Source: Candidatus Bathyarchaeota archaeon
GTDB lineage: Archaea > Thermoproteota > Bathyarchaeia > Bathyarchaeales > Bathycorpusculaceae
Assembly (NCBI GenBank): GCA_963717465.1
Contig: OY970340.1
Location: forward strand, 1,920,001-1,984,000
DNA: 64,000 bases
Direction: 5' to 3'
Positions 43,780 to 52,796 of the stretch are shown in pieces (the first letter of the stretch is position 1; every line of letters begins with the position of its first letter). The translations under genes and the position numbers were made by a program. Under the pieces are notes generated by a model, which ran no database searches, had not been told where the DNA came from, and saw nothing but the letters and a program-made list of their open reading frames with translations.

Positions 43780-44193
43780 GTGTCAACAGCCGAAACAGTT
43801 GAAGAATACTTAGAGACGCTCTTAATCTCAGAGGAACAAGGACAGAAGCTTGCTCGCCTAAAATGGGTAGCGAACCATTTGGGGATAGCGGCCCCAAGCG
43901 CATTTGAAATGCTCAAAAAACTAGAAAAAGAAAAACTCGTCATATACAAGACAAGAAAAGGAATCGAACTTACCCCTAAAGGAAGAGAAATAGCCAAACG
44001 AATTATCCGCGCCCACAGGTTAACTGAAGTATTAATGAGCCAAACCTTGAAAATAGACATTCAAGAAGAAACTGTCTGCGGAATGGAACACCACCTGGAT
44101 GAAAAATTTATGGATGCCCTTTGTATGTTATTAAATCATCCAAGAAAATGTCCACACGGAAAACCGATACCTAAAGGCAAGTGCTGCCCATAG
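43780..44193 (+). CDS. DtxR/MntR family metal-dependent regulator
   Basis: EEYLE, HRLTE, MEHH, CPHGKPIP. Confidence 0.93.
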   Translation: MSTAETVEEYLETLLISEEQGQKLARLKWVANHLGIAAPSAFEMLKKLEKEKLVIYKTRKGIELTPKGREIAKRIIRAHRLTEVLMSQTLKIDIQEETVCGMEHHLDEKFMDALCMLLNHPRKCPHGKPIPKGKCCP

Positions 44194-44437
44194 TTTAACA
44201 TCCGCTTGGCATAGACAACATCTGAAGAATGGCTAATATGCACTTACTTGTAAAAAGGGTGAGTATTCGATAGGTTTTTGCATCTCATAATCGATTTTCT
44301 GAAAATTTGCTTTTACTTTTTAAAAATATAACATGTATTATTGGTTAAGTATGTCTACTCCATGAAAATAACGAAATTGGGAGAAAATTTAAAAGATACC
44401 TAGACACCGTTAAAAGAATAAAACTTGGTGTATTAAC

Positions 44438-45544
44438 TTGTATTGCCAAAATTGTGGTGCTCAGATCCCAGATCAAGCTGAATTTTGTGCTAAGTGCGGA
44501 AAAAGCACTGGGGTAAACGCGGCTAAGTCCAATCAGACTTCTAATGTTCCTAATTCTCCTGTAATTGCTCCTTCAGGGGTAACTTCCTTAAAGTGCCCTA
44601 GTTGCGGGGCGCCTATCGCGCCTAAGTTTGGCGAACTGGTCATTACCTGCAGTTATTGCGGCAGTGGCGTCACTCTTGGAGATCAAGGGTGGACTAATAT
44701 ACAGAAGCAGACAATGCTTTCTTTGAAGGTTGTCACCGTTGATCAAGCGAAGGCAATTATTAAGCCTTTGATTAATAATGGTTTTCTGCACAGGCATCGT
44801 TTTGAGGATTCCAATCAAGAGGAAATGAGCCTTACTTACGTGCCTTACTGGATTGTGAGCGTTTCTGCCCGCACAAGCATTGTTGTGGCGAATCAAGCTG
44901 CACAAATTGCACAAACTGCTACCGCGGCTGCTTTGATGGGTGTAATTCTCGGTGGTATGGGAGGTGGCGGTGGAGGCGGTGGCGGAGGTAGAAGAGGTGG
45001 ACGCGGCGGAGGTGGGCGCAGACGCTTTTTTGAACCTGGAACAAGCAACCCTTTAGAAGTAATCAACGCCTTTGAGGGTGTTCTTGGGTTAAAGCGGATA
45101 AGAATAATGGCTTACGGTATGGGAATGGGAATGGGTCGCGGAGGAGCAAAGGGAAATGCCCAACAGATGGACGAGAACTATAACTTTCCAGTGATTGCGC
45201 TAAAGGCCTATCCAGATTATCAGCCTCGTGACTATCAATTCAACCTCGCTGGCAGAGAACTTTTTGACATTTCAAAGTTACCCAAAGACGTTAAAATTCT
45301 AAATGGCGACGTCAGCGAAGAGGGTGCCAAAGCCCAAGCAAAAACTTTGGTTGATCAGCTTCAATCGCAAAAAGCACATGCCAAATATCAAGAGATTCAA
45401 TCCATAAAAACTGAATGCGAAATTGGAGATGTGGAGTTACTTCACGCGCCGATATGGTTCACAAAATTCGATAACAAAGGCAAAAAAATCGTGTTAGTAA
45501 TTGATGCTAACGCTGGCAGAGTAATCACTGCCAGTGGTCTATAA
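44438..45544 (+). CDS. Zinc-ribbon protein with Gly/Arg-rich insert
   Basis: CQNCG, CAKCG, CPSCG, CSYCG; YVPYW; poly-G/RGG segment. Confidence 0.75.
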   Translation: MYCQNCGAQIPDQAEFCAKCGKSTGVNAAKSNQTSNVPNSPVIAPSGVTSLKCPSCGAPIAPKFGELVITCSYCGSGVTLGDQGWTNIQKQTMLSLKVVTVDQAKAIIKPLINNGFLHRHRFEDSNQEEMSLTYVPYWIVSVSARTSIVVANQAAQIAQTATAAALMGVILGGMGGGGGGGGGGRRGGRGGGGRRRFFEPGTSNPLEVINAFEGVLGLKRIRIMAYGMGMGMGRGGAKGNAQQMDENYNFPVIALKAYPDYQPRDYQFNLAGRELFDISKLPKDVKILNGDVSEEGAKAQAKTLVDQLQSQKAHAKYQEIQSIKTECEIGDVELLHAPIWFTKFDNKGKKIVLVIDANAGRVITASGL

Positions 45545-45673
45545 ACTGATGTTTTGCGATCAATAATCTACATTTTTCTTTGCAGTGCGTTTACGCACCT
45601 TTTCAAACTAGCGACCAAAGGTTCCATAAAAGGAAGAAGTAACTTTTTTTGACTGTATGACTAAAGGGTGACG

Positions 45674-46561
45674 TTAAGTCTTCATCGAGTTTGGATGTAT
45701 TTGATTGGGTTGCCAGATGGCGAGTTCTTCTTTCAAGGTTCTTGTAATCTCCTTATCCATCACAGATGCCGTTTCTTTACCATCTATTCCATAATTTTCG
45801 ATTGAAGCGAAAAGTTGTTCGATTATTTTTTTGTGAATTTCGCTTGGAATGTTTGGTTGCCAGCAGAACGGTCCATGTTGAAACCTTGTCATAAGATCTT
45901 TTAATTTTGTTGTAACAACTTCATTACTTACCTCTACAATTTTCGATGGGGGCAGTTTAGATCGGATTTCGATTTCATTCTGCCACATTCGTTTATTACG
46001 CCTGATTGGGTAACCGTTCTGTTCTCTCAACTGAGCGTATCGTGTCCATAGCTCTGAAACTGTTTGAGATGAGCCGCCTGAAACGTTAAATTCGCTGTTC
46101 CATTCTCCCTGCCTGTTACTTAGCAATGCTGCCACTTTATTGGTGGTTACTCGTCCCATCTCCTCTATGACGCCTAGCCAATCTGGCAGAAGATGCAGGA
46201 CATGAATGATTATTGAAGCGTCAAATGATCCATCCTTGAATGGCATGGCGTGAGCGTCAGCCAATACGAGATTGCGGAATCCCTTCTGTTTTGCCTTTAA
46301 CACCATTTTGTGCGAGAGGTCTATTCCAATAATTTGAAATCCACGGTCCGAAAGTGGTTTAGCGAATCTGCCTGTTCCAACCCCAACATCGAGAATTGTG
46401 CGGCATTCTTTGAGCTCAATTGAGATTGCGTTCAGTTCGGCTTCTGTAGCCGCATGCCTAGTTGAGTCATAAATTTCGGATATATCATCAAACTCTTCAC
46501 CAATTGTTACAGGCTTGCCCTCATTTAAGGCGGGCCTGTTATTGCAATTATCGAATGACGT
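45674..46561 (-). CDS. Class I SAM-dependent methyltransferase (frame open to ACG at 46561; ORF track starts at 46306)
   Basis: ILDVGVGTGRF lies upstream of 46306 in the same frame; DAHAMPFKDGSFD. Confidence 0.8.
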   Translation of the reverse strand, partial: TSFDNCNNRPALNEGKPVTIGEEFDDISEIYDSTRHAATEAELNAISIELKECRTILDVGVGTGRFAKPLSDRGFQIIGIDLSHKMVLKAKQKGFRNLVLADAHAMPFKDGSFDASIIIHVLHLLPDWLGVIEEMGRVTTNKVAALLSNRQGEWNSEFNVSGGSSQTVSELWTRYAQLREQNGYPIRRNKRMWQNEIEIRSKLPPSKIVEVSNEVVTTKLKDLMTRFQHGPFCWQPNIPSEIHKKIIEQLFASIENYGIDGKETASVMDKEITRTLKEELAIWQPNQIHPNSMKT

Positions 46562-46743
46562 TTATCCACCTAAATTTAAGAAACTTTGAAAGACCTTAAT
46601 AACCTTTAAAGGTAAAACTGCGAAAGCAAAATAACACGTTGCTTAGAAAAATCAGCGATGACAGAAATTGTAAGAGAAAACCGTGATGCTTTTCAAGTAG
46701 CCAATCGCCTAAACGATTAGTCAATAAAAAGAAAAAAGGTAAG

Positions 46744-48120
46744 TTACTGTGGAAAGGATGGGTAATTCTGGTACTGCTTCGGTTTGCGGGTAATTCTAAC
46801 TATAACGAATATTAATACGCCTACCACGATGATTACAATTGCAGCTATAATAATAATGCCTTCCAAGGAGCTCCAACTGAATCCTGAACTAGTTGAAGTG
46901 TTTCCATTACTATCTGTTTTTACTAGGTAAAAGTCCCAGCCGCCAGCTCCAGTTGCGTCAGTATAGCCTGCTATCGCGTAGCCGCCGTCGCTTGTTTGAA
47001 CCAAGGAGGTAGCATAACTGTCCCCAGCCTCATACTGTTGGCTCCACGTTAAGTCACCATTAGCGTTCGTCTTTACCAACCAAAAAGCTTCACCTGAGCC
47101 TGAACTGGTGTCTATAGACCCAGCAATCGCGTAGCCGCCGTCGCTTGTTTGAACCAACGAGCTGGCTTCACTGTCACCGCCGCCATCGTAGGTTTGGTTC
47201 CATTGTTGATTGCCGTTTGCATCAGTTTTTACGAGAAAGAAATTATTGTAATCATCGGTGAAAGAATACGAGTAACCAGCTAACGCATAGCCGCCATCAC
47301 TGGTTTGAATAAGCGAGTATGCAACATCATCTCCAGCATAACCGTACGTTTGGTTCCACAGCTCCACTCCATTTGAGTCTACATTCATTAAGAAAAAGTC
47401 CAAGCCGCCATTTCCTGCCGTGTCAGTGGTTCCAGCTACCACGTAGCCTCCATCGCTTGTTTGAATAATTGCGTTTGCCTCGGTGTCACCAGGTCCACCG
47501 TAAGTTTGGCTCCATTCCTGAGTGCCATTTGAATAAGTTTTGACAAGTAAGATCTGGCGTCCGCCATTTTCAGTTGTGTAGCCTGCCAAGATGTATCCGC
47601 TATCATTTGTTTGTGCAAGAGCATAAGCTTCATTGTCTCCTGTTCCACCATAGCTTTGAGCCCACTGCTCGTTTCCGCTTGAATCGGTCTTTACAAGATA
47701 GAAATCGTAAACGCCAGGTCCAGTTGAATCAGTAAATCCAGCTAATGCGTAGCCGCCATCATTAGTCTGTACCAGAGCGTATGCTTCAGTGTCACCTGAG
47801 CTGTCGCCTTGGTTTCCGTACGTTTGAGTCCAGTTTTGGCTACCTGAACTCGTCGTCGTAACTAACCAAAAATTGTATGCACCGTTGCCGTACGATGCAG
47901 TCCAACCAGCTATTGCATAACCATCACTTGTTTGAATCATAGCGTTTGCTTTGTCATCACTTGAGCCTCCATAAGTTTGACTAAAAGTTGTAACTGAAGC
48001 TGCATGAACTAAACCGCCTAATCCGCCAACAATGCAAGTAAGCACAATTATAATTATCAGCAAAGTTGACCACATAACCGATTTTCCTATTTTCACCTTC
48101 ATATTTATCTCCTCGAACAA
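46744..48120 (-). CDS. Membrane-anchored secreted repeat protein (beta-propeller-like)
   Basis: Signal peptide, about 7 repeats of QTSDGGYAIAG…FxLVKTDxxG…WxQTYG, C-terminal TM helix. Confidence 0.85.
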   Translation of the reverse strand: MFEEINMKVKIGKSVMWSTLLIIIIVLTCIVGGLGGLVHAASVTTFSQTYGGSSDDKANAMIQTSDGYAIAGWTASYGNGAYNFWLVTTTSSGSQNWTQTYGNQGDSSGDTEAYALVQTNDGGYALAGFTDSTGPGVYDFYLVKTDSSGNEQWAQSYGGTGDNEAYALAQTNDSGYILAGYTTENGGRQILLVKTYSNGTQEWSQTYGGPGDTEANAIIQTSDGGYVVAGTTDTAGNGGLDFFLMNVDSNGVELWNQTYGYAGDDVAYSLIQTSDGGYALAGYSYSFTDDYNNFFLVKTDANGNQQWNQTYDGGGDSEASSLVQTSDGGYAIAGSIDTSSGSGEAFWLVKTNANGDLTWSQQYEAGDSYATSLVQTSDGGYAIAGYTDATGAGGWDFYLVKTDSNGNTSTSSGFSWSSLEGIIIIAAIVIIVVGVLIFVIVRITRKPKQYQNYPSFPQ

Positions 48121-48748
48121 TAGTTACCTATGAATATGTTAAGGCTAACATTTTGTAAAAGTCACTCTTAAAAATTTTTGCCCAAATTCCCCAATTTCAT
48201 GAACATCAATAGGTAGCAGTCAAATCCTAAACAAACGAAACTAAAGAAAATAAGTCATTATAAGATAAAAGGCTACAAAGTTGATTTTTCATTGAAGCAC
48301 ATATATGCTTCCAATTTCAGCTAATGCTCTTATTACTTCAACGCGTGCTTCTAATTTTTGTGATGAATTATATATTTTCGTTAAGCCGTTAACATCAGCT
48401 TTAATTTTCAAAGCTTTAATTCTGTCAGAATCCGCTTTTCTGGAACTGAAAAATGGAAAATAGCCCTCGCTTGGCTTCGCCTATAAATCTCACTAATCGC
48501 TATATTTAGAATTCATTCCACAATAATGCAATGAAAAATTCGTGAAATTGTCAAGTACTTTTCCGGATTCTTGAAACAAAAGCTTTTTTGCCTTTTTAGA
48601 ACTATTTTATCGCCTTGGTGACTTTCCATTTCTTGGCTGCCGTATTGCATAGCTATTATTTTTGAATACCTCTTTTCCCATTTTCTATTATTTGGTCTCA
48701 TGAGAACATTTATGGGATAGTTTTCTACTTGTATCACAGTACCTACTG

Positions 48749-49309
48749 ATGAATGGCTTTTTGCATAAAAAAATAAAGTACCCAAAATTAATGCTGTTCA
48801 TAATAACCGTCGTTGCAGTTTACTTTCTTTTTTCTGGCTTATTATACGAGCCTTTACATGAAACCCTTCTATTTTTAGGGTATTTTGGGACTTTTCTCGC
48901 CGGTTTACTCTACCCTTATGCATTTACTTCTGCAGCGGGTACTGCGATATTACTTATTCTTGCAAAAGGGCAAAACTTGCTCTTAGCAGGAGTTATAGCT
49001 GGATTTGGCGCTTTTATAAGTGATATCGTTATCTTCTTTTTTGTGAAACGTGGCTTTGGCGACGAGGTCGAAAAATTGTCAAAAGAGCCAGCTGTTCAAG
49101 CTGTCAGCAGACGGATACCTGATTCTGTTAGAACGTATTTATTTGGGACGCTTGCTTGCTTTTTCATTGCATCTCCTCTTCCGACTGAAATCGGCGTCAT
49201 GATGATGACCTCAATGAGAAATATGTCCACTAGAAAATTTGCAGTCATAGTAGATATTTTACATTTAAGCGCAATCTTCATAATTCTTTTAATCGGCAAA
49301 ACTATATAA
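48749..49309 (+). CDS. Membrane protein, unknown function
   Basis: About 5 TM helices, IASPLPTE motif. Confidence 0.7.
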   Translation: MNGFLHKKIKYPKLMLFIITVVAVYFLFSGLLYEPLHETLLFLGYFGTFLAGLLYPYAFTSAAGTAILLILAKGQNLLLAGVIAGFGAFISDIVIFFFVKRGFGDEVEKLSKEPAVQAVSRRIPDSVRTYLFGTLACFFIASPLPTEIGVMMMTSMRNMSTRKFAVIVDILHLSAIFIILLIGKTI

Positions 49310-49614
49310 TTCAATTCTTTGATTTCTGCAATTTCTTGAAAACTGGCTAAAAAAGCAAAAAGAGCCTACGTTCATTAAGTCAAAAAAGCCTCTTGCAGGT
49401 TTTCAATCGTGCATTTACGCCTTTATCCCTTACTAAGCAGGCAAGCAACCGTACTAACTTAGTGGTCTACTAAAACACCTATAACCTAAGAAGCGAGAGG
49501 ACAAGCTTACCGCAAAGCATAATTTGTACGAGAAAAATTATTGCTGGAAATTCACGCTTTAAATATCAGCTTACTCAATTGCACCTGTATTTGGATTAAG
49601 ATGGATGGAAAATT

Positions 49615-50196
49615 ATGCCTTCGCTTGACCTTTTCCCACTGCTTGCCTCTTTTGTTGTTGTGGCCTTGGCAGAGTTTGGGGACAAAACTCAGATTGCGAT
49701 TGTAAGTCTGAGTGCCAAGCATAGCCCAAAATCCGTCTTCATAGGCGGAATTCTTGCATTTGCTATTATCGATGGAGTTCTAGCTTTAATCGGCGGGTCA
49801 ATTGCCTCTTATTTCCCCTTAAGATGGATTGACATTGCAAGCGGCATTTTATTCCTGATAATCGGAGCCTACACTCTTTTTTCAAAAAGAGAACTCACTG
49901 TCAAAATTAAAGAACATTCAAGTGCTGTTGCAACATCCTTCTTGCTTGTCGCAACACTAGAGTTCGGAGACAAAACCCAAATCGCTGTCATAACGTTAGC
50001 GGCACAATACAACGCCCCGCTTCAAGTATTCGTCGGTGTAATGCTCGCTTTTATCTTACTTACTGGTCTTGGAGCAGCTTTCGGCAGTGTTATTAGTCGA
50101 TACGTTTCTGAAAAGTACATAAAAATCGCTTCAGGATTGCTCTTTTTGCTTTTCGGTGTACTTTTCTTGCTGGAAGCAACCTTGACTTTCCTCTAA
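49615..50196 (+). CDS. TMEM165/GDT1 (UPF0016) family Mn2+/Ca2+ transporter
   Basis: Two EFGDKTQ motifs. Confidence 0.93.
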   Translation: MPSLDLFPLLASFVVVALAEFGDKTQIAIVSLSAKHSPKSVFIGGILAFAIIDGVLALIGGSIASYFPLRWIDIASGILFLIIGAYTLFSKRELTVKIKEHSSAVATSFLLVATLEFGDKTQIAVITLAAQYNAPLQVFVGVMLAFILLTGLGAAFGSVISRYVSEKYIKIASGLLFLLFGVLFLLEATLTFL

Positions 50197-50424
50197 AATG
50201 ATAATAACCCTGATTTTTCTTGATTTTGGCTCTTGTTTGATTCGCTTTGTTAAAACCGATTGAGGAACACTCCCAACAGTTTAAAGAGTTTATCTACAAT
50301 AATTGAATTAGCAATTAAGAGTTAACCTGATAGCCAATGAAGCGGAACCAAAGTAGGACGCAAGTACCCTTCTAAAGAATTCAATAATACCCCCGAAAAC
50401 GTAAAATTTTTATGTAGTGACTTC

Positions 50425-50877
50425 TTGTTTGTTAACAGTGAAAACTCTTTGCCAACTGTGAAAGATATCATGACAAAAAATGTAGTTACAATCGATATTA
50501 ACAAAAGTGTTCTCGAAGCAGCAGAGCTTATGACTGAAAAGGGCAAAGGCTGCTTAGTCATAACAGATGGCGATTCACCTGTGGGAATAGTCACTGAACG
50601 CGACGTTGTTAGGCGGCTCGTAGCAAAAAAGATGCCGCTTGACATTAAAGTCTCGGACATAATGACTAAGAATCTAGTCACGGTTAAACCTAATGCGTCG
50701 CTTAAGGAGGCGGCGCGTTTGATGTCGGGCAATAAGATAAGACGACTGCCTGTTTTAGAACAGAATAAACTAGTTGGAATAGTTGTTGCTTCAGATTTTG
50801 TGCGAAATGTTGGAAAGAAATCTTTATCGGAAGAAATCCTTGAAGCAATGGGCCGTTACTGGGATTTCCCCCAATAG
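50425..50877 (+). CDS. CBS domain protein
   Basis: Paired CBS motifs (VKDIMT…GIVTERD; IRRLPV…GIV). Confidence 0.92.
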   Translation: MFVNSENSLPTVKDIMTKNVVTIDINKSVLEAAELMTEKGKGCLVITDGDSPVGIVTERDVVRRLVAKKMPLDIKVSDIMTKNLVTVKPNASLKEAARLMSGNKIRRLPVLEQNKLVGIVVASDFVRNVGKKSLSEEILEAMGRYWDFPQ

Positions 50878-51158
50878 AGGCTCGTTCTCTAAATAACTAC
50901 TGACAATCTACAATAAAGACAAACAGTACTTTTAACTTCGTAAAAAGATTAAAGCAAGAGAAATAGAGCCAAGCTATGTCCTTTTCGAAAGCTTAGCTTC
51001 TTGTGATTTACATGTCCGAGTTACTTTTGAGTTAGCCTGATTATTTTTTAGTTTTGAAAGCTTTCAACTTATCGACCAATATGGTTAATGATTTTTCAAG
51101 ATATAATATGGGGAAAAAGTTTTTTATGATGCGTCGCAACTGAAAAGTTAGAGCTAAA

Positions 51159-51443
51159 ATGAATAAAGCTGTTGCGTTTATGGGAAGTACCCATCGATGG
51201 AGATTTAGATTAAGTGTCAAGAAGAAAGTAGCTGTCGCGTTTAGTGTTGCCTTCGCCGGAATTTATTCGCTTTTCATAGCTAACGCCTTAACAACCCAGT
51301 GGGAGGGAGTAAGTACAAACTATATACTTACTATTAACATAGCGCCCTCATTAATCTGTGGAGCTATCATTGCATTGATGTATTATTCCTATGCTGACTA
51401 TCACCCTGACGCGAAAAAAACAAAAGAAATAAATAAAATATAG
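51159..51443 (+). CDS. Small membrane protein
   Basis: Two TM helices. Confidence 0.55.
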   Translation: MNKAVAFMGSTHRWRFRLSVKKKVAVAFSVAFAGIYSLFIANALTTQWEGVSTNYILTINIAPSLICGAIIALMYYSYADYHPDAKKTKEINKI

Positions 51444-51766
51444 GCTTCAAAACTGGCTCAAAAGACTTAAAAAAGAAAATTAAAATAGCGTTTAACCTCT
51501 TTTAGGTCTAAACGTACATAAGCGCACGTAATCGCTTAAACTTCAACTTATTTTTTATAGCATCCGCTAACCTTAATTTTGTTTATTGAAAAATAAAGAA
51601 AAGTAAGTTTTAGTCGAAAATTAAATAGCTTCTTAAGATGCTAGTTGACTTGCACGCGCGAATTTCGGAGGTTTAAGGGTGATATGCAACACGAACCGGA
51701 TTTGGCTTAAAGTGATTATCAATATAAGATAGCGCGCCGCGCTAGCCGTAATGAAGCTACCAACTA

Positions 51767-51862
51767 TCATCTATTTTTAAGACGATGATCAAAAATCCAT
51801 CCTGCAGCAATCAAGACAATAATGTACAAACTGCCGAACAAAATCAAATAATCAACATGCAT
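51767..51862 (-). CDS. 31-aa single-TM peptide
   Basis: MHVDYLILFGSLYIIVLIAAGWIFDHRLKNR*, starting 4 nt after the previous stop. Confidence 0.45.
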   Translation of the reverse strand: MHVDYLILFGSLYIIVLIAAGWIFDHRLKNR

Positions 51863-51866
51863 TTTC

Positions 51867-52313
51867 TTACTCAGCAGTGCCTATCAATAAAATTATGTTG
51901 CTAAAACTTGAAATGCCCGTGATATTGTCTGCGACAGTTAAAGTGACCGTCACATTCATAAATTGTCCTGCATTAAGAGAGCCATTTTCGAAACTCCAAC
52001 TACATGATAAATAGTTTGCTGCATTCGCGGGATTCCAAGTTGTTGAAGTTAGAGTACAAATTTCAGCTGTACATCCAGTGTTTTGAATGTAGAAGCAATA
52101 ACTTGTATTTTGCCCAGGAATAAGCGTACCCCATGCTATGCTAGTTAATTGCTGAGTGCAGTTCTGGTCAATAAAAGCGGCAAGGTTTATAGTTTCAATG
52201 TTGCCCTGCGAGGATATTTGATATTGACTTGTTAGCATGCCAACGCAAAGCGTAGTTAAGACTAAGAAACACAAGCAAATTGTGAATAGAGTTTTCTTAT
52301 TAATAATCATCAT
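51867..52313 (-). CDS. Secreted/membrane-anchored beta-rich protein
   Basis: N-terminal hydrophobic helix; IAWGTLIPG…YIQNTG; several N-x-S/T sequons. Confidence 0.7.
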   Translation of the reverse strand: MMIINKKTLFTICLCFLVLTTLCVGMLTSQYQISSQGNIETINLAAFIDQNCTQQLTSIAWGTLIPGQNTSYCFYIQNTGCTAEICTLTSTTWNPANAANYLSCSWSFENGSLNAGQFMNVTVTLTVADNITGISSFSNIILLIGTAE

Positions 52314-52362
52314 GAAAAATGCCTTCTAAAATTGAAAAACTAAAAAAAAGAAAGGGAAAGTT

Positions 52363-52764
52363 TTAGGATGAAGCTGTCGTAGCTGCTGGTGTAGTTGTAG
52401 CCGTTGAAGTGGTTGCTGTTGTAGTTGATGGTGTTAGGGCTTTAGCGATGCGTGCAGCCTCTTCCTTCTGGAACCAACTAACCACTTTGCTGACAAAAGC
52501 CGCTACCAGTGAAGGCGTAATCAATGTTACCCAAGCTGACCCAGTGAACGCAGCGCCGATAAGTGCTACTACCTCAACGCCCATCGTTGTAGCAAATTTG
52601 CTTGAATCAAAAGTTTCACCGCTAGAACCATAACCCAATAGCGCCCAAGCGATAGTAATAATTATACTTCCGATGTACGGAGCCAAAGCTCCCATGTTTA
52701 TCGAAACAATCATACTCATTTGATTTTTCACCTCCAAAAAATTGCATGAACAATGTAAGTTCAT
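52363..52764 (-). CDS. Multi-TM protein with Thr/Ala-rich tail (holin-like position)
   Basis: Two to three TM helices; directly downstream of the tail genes. Confidence 0.5.
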   Translation of the reverse strand: MNLHCSCNFLEVKNQMSMIVSINMGALAPYIGSIIITIAWALLGYGSSGETFDSSKFATTMGVEVVALIGAAFTGSAWVTLITPSLVAAFVSKVVSWFQKEEAARIAKALTPSTTTATTSTATTTPAATTASS

Positions 52765-52796
52765 GACTGCAAATTTGGACTAAAAAAAATGATGAT

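Noticed and set aside
46900..47990. Repeated DNA (gtagccgccgtcgcttgtttgaacca) as a non-coding repeat array
   Set aside because: Explained by the QTSDGGY protein repeats.
49320..49614. yybP-ykoY Mn riboswitch upstream of the TMEM165 gene
   Set aside because: No recognisable aptamer motifs by eye; a covariance search would be needed.
51693..51705. ccggatttg as a tRNA-Pro-derived att site
   Set aside because: Only a 9-nt match; expected by chance.
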